Shown: positions 58,943 to 64,000 of the stretch, in pieces
How the letters are laid out: each line of letters begins with the position of its first letter
Numbering within the stretch: the stretch's first letter is position 1
From: an uncultured Acidimicrobiia bacterium
GTDB lineage: Bacteria; Actinomycetota; Acidimicrobiia; Spongiisociales; JAENVV01
Length of the DNA: 64,000 nt
Direction of reading: 5' to 3'
Assembly (NCBI GenBank): GCA_965363765.1
Contig: CBDTUI010000004.1
Span: forward strand, 922-64,921
Position numbers and translations under genes: made by a program
The notes under the pieces: generated by a model
Seen by the model: the letters and a program-made list of their open reading frames with translations, nothing else
The model's database searches: none
Told to the model about the DNA's origin: nothing

Positions 58943-59383
58943 CTAAAAGTACAACCGCGATAGCGTCTCGGCAACACAAGCGGGTTTCTCTGAACCTTCC
59001 AGCTCAATCGTGATCTCCGTCTTGAGCTGGAGACCTCCTTTCACTTCTGACACCTCGAGTAACTTCGAGTGGGCTCGAACCCGCGACCCGGATGGAACCG
59101 GAGTGATGAAGCGAACTCTGTCGAGGCCGTAGTTGATCCCCATCCGGACACCGGGAACCTCAGCTGGTTTGGCGATCCCGGGGATCAGCGACAACGTGAG
59201 GAATCCATGGGCGATGCGAGTCCCGAACGGTCCGGCGGCAGCCTTGTCCTCATCGACATGAATCCACTGGTGATCATGAGTGGCGTCCGCGAACTGGTCG
59301 ATCATCTCCTGGGTGATAACCGTCCATTCACCAACCCCCGACTCGGTGCCGACGGTTGCTTGAAGCTCTTCGAGTGTGCCCAT
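58943..59383 (-). CDS. MaoC-like (hotdog-fold) dehydratase. Start at MGTLEEL, preceded by a GGAGG SD.
   Basis: ATHDHQWIHVD...RIAHG hotdog hydratase motif. Confidence 0.75.
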   Translation of the reverse strand: MGTLEELQATVGTESGVGEWTVITQEMIDQFADATHDHQWIHVDEDKAAAGPFGTRIAHGFLTLSLIPGIAKPAEVPGVRMGINYGLDRVRFITPVPSGSRVRAHSKLLEVSEVKGGLQLKTEITIELEGSEKPACVAETLSRLYF

Positions 59384-59429
59384 CAAATCCTCCGCTGTTG
59401 TACAGCCGAGGCTACTGGATCGGATCGGT

Positions 59430-59699
59430 TCAGCTGGCCCGGCGGATCTCTTCGGTCCACTGGCGCTTAAGTTTCCTTCGCTCCCGGGGGGTTGTGCCGC
59501 CCCAGATGCCAACCGACTGATTCGTATCAATCGCATAGACAAGACAGTCTTCCGCAACGGGGCAGTCCGCGCAGATAGATTTAGCACGCCGCATCGCCCC
59601 GACGTCGCCATCGTCTGGGAAGAAAATGCCCTCCGTGTCGTCGGCGCACGCAGCACCTTCACGCCATTCTTCGAATTGGTAATCAGCTAATGCATCCAT
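59430..59699 (-). CDS. WhiB-like (Wbl) transcriptional regulator.
   Basis: Four conserved Cys (C-x23-C-x2-C-x5-C: GAACADD...CADCPVAEDC) and a G(V/I)WGG turn. Confidence 0.85.
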   Translation of the reverse strand: MDALADYQFEEWREGAACADDTEGIFFPDDGDVGAMRRAKSICADCPVAEDCLVYAIDTNQSVGIWGGTTPRERRKLKRQWTEEIRRAS

Positions 59700-59712
59700 A
59701 CTCATCCTTGAA

Positions 59713-59736
59713 AACGCTTCAACCCATCAAAGCGTT
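59713..59736. promoter_or_regulatory. Perfect inverted repeat AACGCTT-N10-AAGCGTT immediately upstream of the whiB-like start.
   Basis: Read directly. Confidence 0.5.
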
Positions 59737-59782
59737 CCCTCATTCCCGCTCGGAGGCGAAATTGGGCTAATTTGTGACTTTG

Positions 59783-59808
59783 GTCCCCATTGAATTCCGC
59801 ATGGGGAC
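59783..59808. promoter_or_regulatory. Perfect inverted repeat GTCCCCAT-N10-ATGGGGAC located 39-64 nt upstream of the multicopper oxidase start.
   Basis: Read directly. The C-tract/G-tract half sites resemble CsoR/RicR-type copper-repressor operators (inference). Confidence 0.45.
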
Positions 59809-59846
59809 TGCCAATCTGATCCGAGACCTCACACAGGAGCTAACCA

Positions 59847-61208
59847 ATGGCAGAAAAAGACGACCCCTTCATCTCGGTTATCCGTTTGTCGATTGTCGCC
59901 GTCATCGCCGTCCTTTCATTCTGGGCGCTGTTTGCGATCGTCGGCAACGAGTCGGGTGGATCGGTCGCGGCGGGCGAAGCCGGCGGCGGGGTCAGCACCG
60001 CCACGATCGAGCTAAGCGAGTTCGCCATCAAAGGCGACCTCACGCTCCCGACCGGAGATGTCGACGTCACGGTTGTGAATGTCGGTGGAGTCGACCACGA
60101 CCTCACTATTCGTGGAAGCTTCGGCACATCACTGATCTCAGCCGGCCAGTCGGAAGTTCTCGAATTACGAGATCTCCAGCCGGGCTCGATTGAGGTCTTC
60201 TGCTCCGTTCCTGGCCACGAAGGGGCCGGGATGGTGGGCACCATCGCCATCGCCGAGGGTGCAGTAGTCGCCGGGGGTGACGCCACAAATGACGAGCCGG
60301 ACTATGAGGCGATCGACCAGGCCATGCACGACTCGATCATGGCTTTCCCCGCCGAAACCGAAGGAATCGGCAACCAACTCCTGGAGCCGACCATCCTCGC
60401 CGATGGGACCAAGGAGTTCCAGCTCACCGCAGCCATTACCGACTGGGAAGTCGAACCAGGTCGAGTCGTCGAGGCATGGACGTACAACGGTATGGTCCCT
60501 GGGCCATCCATCAAGGTCGACCTAGGCGACAATGTCAGAGTTCTGATTCAGAACGACCTCCCGATGGGGACTGACATTCACTGGCACGGCGTTGACACGC
60601 CGAACAATATGGACGGCGTATCCCCACTCACCCAGCCACTGATCGAGTCCGGCGACAGCTACATCTACGAGTTCGTCGCCGACGCGCCGTCAATCGGCAT
60701 GTATCACGCCCATCACGCCGGCCAGATCCAGGTCATCAACGGGATGTTCGCAACGTTCCAGATTGGAGATATGCCCATCCCCCGCGGACAAACTATCGGC
60801 GGCGTCGAGATTCCCGCCGACCTTGAAATTGCGGCGGACTTCCCGATGGTCGTCAATGACGCCGGCGCGATTGGCTATTCCATCAACGGCAAGTCATTCC
60901 CGGCAACTCAGCCATACGTGGTCAACAAGGGTGACTGGATCGTGGCGACGTACTACAACGAAGGCCTACAGAGTCACCCGATGCATCTGCACCAATTCGG
61001 CCAGCTGGTTTTCGCCAAGGATGGCTTTCCGCTCGACAATCCCTATTGGGCTGACACCATCAATGTTGCCCCTGGCGAGCGATACAGCGTGCTTATTCAG
61101 GCTGAGGACGCCGGCGTCTGGGTCTGGCACTGCCATATCCTGACCCACGTCGAACGCGACGAAGGCGTGTTCGGGATGCTTACCGCTCTCATCGTCCAAG
61201 ACAACTAA
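59847..61208 (+). CDS. Membrane-anchored multicopper oxidase: TM helix, an extra N-terminal type-1 cupredoxin domain, then a two-domain MCO core.
   Basis: TM IVAVIAVLSFWALFAIV. Cupredoxin H(DLT)...CSVPGHEGAGM. MCO motifs HWHG, YHAH, HPMHLH, HCHILTHVE...M. Confidence 0.8.
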   Translation: MAEKDDPFISVIRLSIVAVIAVLSFWALFAIVGNESGGSVAAGEAGGGVSTATIELSEFAIKGDLTLPTGDVDVTVVNVGGVDHDLTIRGSFGTSLISAGQSEVLELRDLQPGSIEVFCSVPGHEGAGMVGTIAIAEGAVVAGGDATNDEPDYEAIDQAMHDSIMAFPAETEGIGNQLLEPTILADGTKEFQLTAAITDWEVEPGRVVEAWTYNGMVPGPSIKVDLGDNVRVLIQNDLPMGTDIHWHGVDTPNNMDGVSPLTQPLIESGDSYIYEFVADAPSIGMYHAHHAGQIQVINGMFATFQIGDMPIPRGQTIGGVEIPADLEIAADFPMVVNDAGAIGYSINGKSFPATQPYVVNKGDWIVATYYNEGLQSHPMHLHQFGQLVFAKDGFPLDNPYWADTINVAPGERYSVLIQAEDAGVWVWHCHILTHVERDEGVFGMLTALIVQDN

Positions 61209-61227
61209 GAAGATTGCCAAGTAAGCA

Positions 61228-61257
61228 CAGAGCGCCGGCCCTCGGGTCGGCGCTCTG
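61228..61257. terminator. GC-rich hairpin (10-bp perfect stem) between the convergent MCO and acyl-CoA dehydrogenase genes. Putative bidirectional terminator lacking a U-tract.
   Basis: CAGAGCGCCG-gccctcgggt-CGGCGCTCTG. Confidence 0.5.
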
Positions 61258-61269
61258 CTGGTTCGGCAG

Positions 61270-62514
61270 CTACCAGGGCTCGTACGGATACGGTTCCGGC
61301 GTGAAGCCGGGCTCATATCGCTTCAACTCTCGTCGAGCGACCGAGCGCTTGTGAACCTCATCGGGTCCGTCGGCGATCATGAGGGTGCGCAGGTGGGCGT
61401 AGTAGCCGGCAAGCGGATAATCGCCAGACAGGCCACCAGCACCAAACGCCTGGATTGCCCGATCGACGATCTGGACCGCCATGCGAGGCACCACGACCTT
61501 GATGGCGCTGATCTCGATGCGAGCCCCTTTGACCCCGACCGTATCGATCAGCCAGGCGGTCTTGAGGGTGAGTAGCCGAGCTTGCTCAATGGCAATACGC
61601 GCTTCGGCGATCCAATCCTGAACGACTCCGTGTTCCGCAATCGGCTGCCCGAAGGTCTCGCGAGCAAGAACCCGTGAACACATGAGATCAAACGCCCGCT
61701 CGGCCATCCCGATTGCCCGCATGCAATGGTGAATCCGCCCGGGGCCCAATCGAGCCTGGGCGATGGCGAATCCGCTGCCTTCGGTGCCGAGCAAGTTGTC
61801 TTTTGGAACCCGGACGTTGTCGAACCGAATCATCGGGTGGCCACCCCGGTCGTTATAACCGAGCACCGTCAGGTCCCTTTCAATCGTGACGCCGGGCGTG
61901 TCGAGCGGGACGATGATCATCGATTGGCGCTGATAGGGCGGGTTGTCAGGGTTGGTGACGCCCATCACGATCGAAACTTTGCAGCGAGGCGAAAACGCTC
62001 CCGAAGACCACCATTTCCGACCGGAGACCACGTAGTCATCTCCGTCGGGGCGGATCTGAGTTCGAATGTTGGAGGCGTCCGATGATCCGACATCCGGCTC
62101 GGTCATCGAGAAGGCCGAGCGAATCTCAGCGTCGAGGAGCGGTCGTAACCACTGTTCTTTCTGTTCCGGCGTCCCAAACATGGTCAGAATCTCCATGTTG
62201 CCCGTATCAGGAGCCGAGCAGTTCAGGGCTTCTGGAGCCAGATTGGGACTGCGACCGGTGATCTCGGCCAGAGTTGCGTAGTCAAGAACCGACACACCAC
62301 TGCCCCATTCTTCATCGGGCAAAAAGAGGTTCCACAGGCCGCGTTTTCGGGCTTCAGCTTTGAGTTCTTCCACAATCGGCGGATGGAACGACGGGTCTCC
62401 GGAGGCAGCCATCTGGCTTTCGTAAATGGGTTCGGCCGGATACACGTGCGAATCCATAAACGCCAGGAGTTGTTTCTGCAGTTCCTCGGCCCGCGGGCTT
62501 AAGGCAAAATCCAT
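61270..62514 (-). CDS. Acyl-CoA dehydrogenase family protein.
   Basis: ACAD blocks (FSMTEPDVGSSDA, GRKWWSSG, AIQAFGAGG). Confidence 0.8.
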   Translation of the reverse strand: MDFALSPRAEELQKQLLAFMDSHVYPAEPIYESQMAASGDPSFHPPIVEELKAEARKRGLWNLFLPDEEWGSGVSVLDYATLAEITGRSPNLAPEALNCSAPDTGNMEILTMFGTPEQKEQWLRPLLDAEIRSAFSMTEPDVGSSDASNIRTQIRPDGDDYVVSGRKWWSSGAFSPRCKVSIVMGVTNPDNPPYQRQSMIIVPLDTPGVTIERDLTVLGYNDRGGHPMIRFDNVRVPKDNLLGTEGSGFAIAQARLGPGRIHHCMRAIGMAERAFDLMCSRVLARETFGQPIAEHGVVQDWIAEARIAIEQARLLTLKTAWLIDTVGVKGARIEISAIKVVVPRMAVQIVDRAIQAFGAGGLSGDYPLAGYYAHLRTLMIADGPDEVHKRSVARRELKRYEPGFTPEPYPYEPW

Positions 62515-62592
62515 CGCAAGGTCTCCTCAAGAGGTTTCGTAGACCTCAACCTACCTGCCCAATTGGCTCTCGCTCAGCGTCCGGCGGCCAGT

Positions 62593-63168
62593 TCAGGTCT
62601 TTTGTGCGTTGATCTTCCTTCGCCGGAGACGCATCACCCAGCGCACGATCGGGTATCCGAAAACGAGGATGAGAACACCGATGAGAATCGGAATCGCAAG
62701 CGCCAAGAAAGACACTGACGCAGCAATGATGTCCTCGGCGATGCTGACCGGCGGATTGCCCAGACCACCGGTGGTTGCTGTCACCGCCGGTCTCACGACT
62801 ACCGCCTTGGTGGTGTGAACAGACCCAGCCACGAGCAGGCCCGCCACAACTGCCAGTGCAGGATTCATCTGGATGCCATCGGTTGACGCTGCGAAGGCAA
62901 GAGCGCCCGCCGAAGGTCGAATGAACGTCTGGATCAAATCATTGATGTGATTGACAACCGGGGCGTTGTCGGCGAACACCTCGATGACGATCAAGACGAG
63001 CAGGGTTCCGATCACCCACCAGTTCGAAACGATGTCGTAGGGAGCCGACAGCTCAATCAGGCCAGTGAATCGATTCACTAACCCCATCACCAGCAGCGGA
63101 ATGTACGCGTTGAGGCCGGCGCTAGCCGAGAGGCCCAGGGCCGAAAAAACCGCAGTCAGAATGTCCAT
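62593..63168 (-). CDS. DUF4126 family integral membrane protein.
   Basis: GLSASAGLNAYIPLLVMGL...VIEVFADNAPVVNHIND pattern; 4-5 TM segments. Confidence 0.55.
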   Translation of the reverse strand: MDILTAVFSALGLSASAGLNAYIPLLVMGLVNRFTGLIELSAPYDIVSNWWVIGTLLVLIVIEVFADNAPVVNHINDLIQTFIRPSAGALAFAASTDGIQMNPALAVVAGLLVAGSVHTTKAVVVRPAVTATTGGLGNPPVSIAEDIIAASVSFLALAIPILIGVLILVFGYPIVRWVMRLRRRKINAQKT

Positions 63169-63200
63169 GCTGGCCAGATTAGTGATCTGATCGGATCGGC

Positions 63201-64000
63201 TTACCCTTTGGCGAAAAGTGCCAGTGCGATGGCCTCCGCCTGGCAGGCCATACGAAGGTCCTCAAGATGGACGCTCTCGTTCGGTCCATGAATGGCCGAC
63301 GTCGGGTCGCCGACGCCCGTCAGCAGGATGGCTGCATCTGGATACGCTTCTGAAAACGCCGCCACGAAGGGAATGGACCCGCCTACTCCCATTTCGGTTG
63401 GGTCGGTGCCCCAGGCCTCTGCAAAGGCGGCCCGAAACGCGTCATAGGCCGGTCCGCTGGTGTCCAACTCAAACGCCTCGCCCGAACTCCCGGGAATGAC
63501 TTTGACCTGAGCGCCCCATTCGACCTTCGATTCAAGATGACGGACCAGAGCGGCCATGGCACGCTCCGGATTGTCACCAGGCGCAAGGCGCATGCTCACT
63601 TTGGCGCGAGCCGACGGGATCAATGCGTTAACAGCCCCTTCGACCGGCGGGGCATCGATGCCGAGCACAGATACCGCCGGGCGGGACCAGGTCTTGGCCT
63701 CCAGACTTCCATCGCCGATGACGTGCACGCCTTCCACGGCCCCAGCCTGGCTACGCACTTCCTCTTCGGTAAGGTCGAGCTCAACATGGGGGCCGAAGAA
63801 CGCTCCTTCAATGGCCACATTGCCGGCATCGTCATGCAACGTCGCCAATAAACGCGACAGGACCGTAAGAGCGTCTGGAAAGACGCCACCGAACATGCCG
63901 GAATGCACTGCGTTCTCCAGGGTCCGAACCTCAACGGTGCAGTCAACCAGTCCACGCAGCGATGTCGTGAACGATGGGGTTCCGACTCGCCAGTTGCCCG
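63201..64000 (-). CDS. M20-family peptidase/dipeptidase, C-terminal part only. The reading frame is open to the window end, so the N-terminal part lies outside the window.
   Basis: HSGMFGG (dimerisation domain) and C-terminal GVGGSIPF...HGPNESV; no in-frame stop between 63908 and 64000. Confidence 0.7.
   Translation of the reverse strand, partial: GNWRVGTPSFTTSLRGLVDCTVEVRTLENAVHSGMFGGVFPDALTVLSRLLATLHDDAGNVAIEGAFFGPHVELDLTEEEVRSQAGAVEGVHVIGDGSLEAKTWSRPAVSVLGIDAPPVEGAVNALIPSARAKVSMRLAPGDNPERAMAALVRHLESKVEWGAQVKVIPGSSGEAFELDTSGPAYDAFRAAFAEAWGTDPTEMGVGGSIPFVAAFSEAYPDAAILLTGVGDPTSAIHGPNESVHLEDLRMACQAEAIALALFAKG

Noticed and set aside
1-64000. Search for CRISPR arrays, tRNA/rRNA genes, transposases, integrases, phage genes and toxin-antitoxin pairs
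   Set aside because: No regularly spaced direct repeats, no cloverleaf-like or rRNA-like segments, and no recognisable recombinase, transposase or TA motifs were seen. The window appears to be non-mobile chromosomal DNA.

Overview
High-GC (about 62-65%) actinobacterial chromosomal segment, probably Acidimicrobiia-like. Evidence for the assignment: WhiB and Rpf-like proteins, F420/LLM enzymes, and many lipoproteins with Thr/Ala-rich linkers. The window is densely packed with about 65 protein-coding genes. No rRNA, tRNA, CRISPR, transposase, integrase or prophage signature is visible, so this looks like core or accessory metabolic DNA rather than a mobile island.

Content is dominated by oxidoreductases: 4 acyl-CoA dehydrogenases, 3 aldehyde dehydrogenases, 2 GMC oxidoreductases, 2-3 F420-dependent LLM oxidoreductases, an FdhF-like molybdopterin oxidoreductase, a Glu/Leu/Phe/Val dehydrogenase, and a Rieske protein. 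Transporters are MFS x2, AzlCD, a DrrAB-like ABC pair and DMT. Housekeeping genes are ychF, a TrmH-family methyltransferase, msrB, and a LigC-like ligase plus Prim-Pol pair. Cell-wall remodelling genes are an Rpf-like protein, a coiled-coil lytic transglycosylase, an amidase and an OmpA-like protein.

The features most worth a second look are:
- A 1314-aa STAND-type protein with two tandem, complementary (C1/C2-like) nucleotidyl-cyclase domains, a P-loop NTPase and TPR repeats. It sits next to an uncharacterised secreted protein and a MoxR-DUF58-transglutaminase triad.
- A copper-related set: two tandem type-1 cupredoxin lipoproteins downstream of a SAM-methyltransferase. Separately, a membrane-anchored multicopper oxidase with an extra N-terminal cupredoxin domain, divergent from a WhiB-like regulator, with two distinct perfect inverted repeats with 10-nt spacers in the shared intergenic region.
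- An orphan PASTA-domain membrane protein with a large unknown ectodomain.
- Several conspicuous intergenic repeats and palindromes: a 2 x 12 bp tandem palindromic repeat, three 18-bp-phased ACTCAA repeats, and a 12-bp-arm inverted repeat.
- A roughly 330-bp apparently non-coding, lower-GC segment carrying an SD-preceded 16-codon micro-ORF upstream of the TrmH-family gene.

All functional calls come from remembered family motifs read in the supplied translations. No database search was run.
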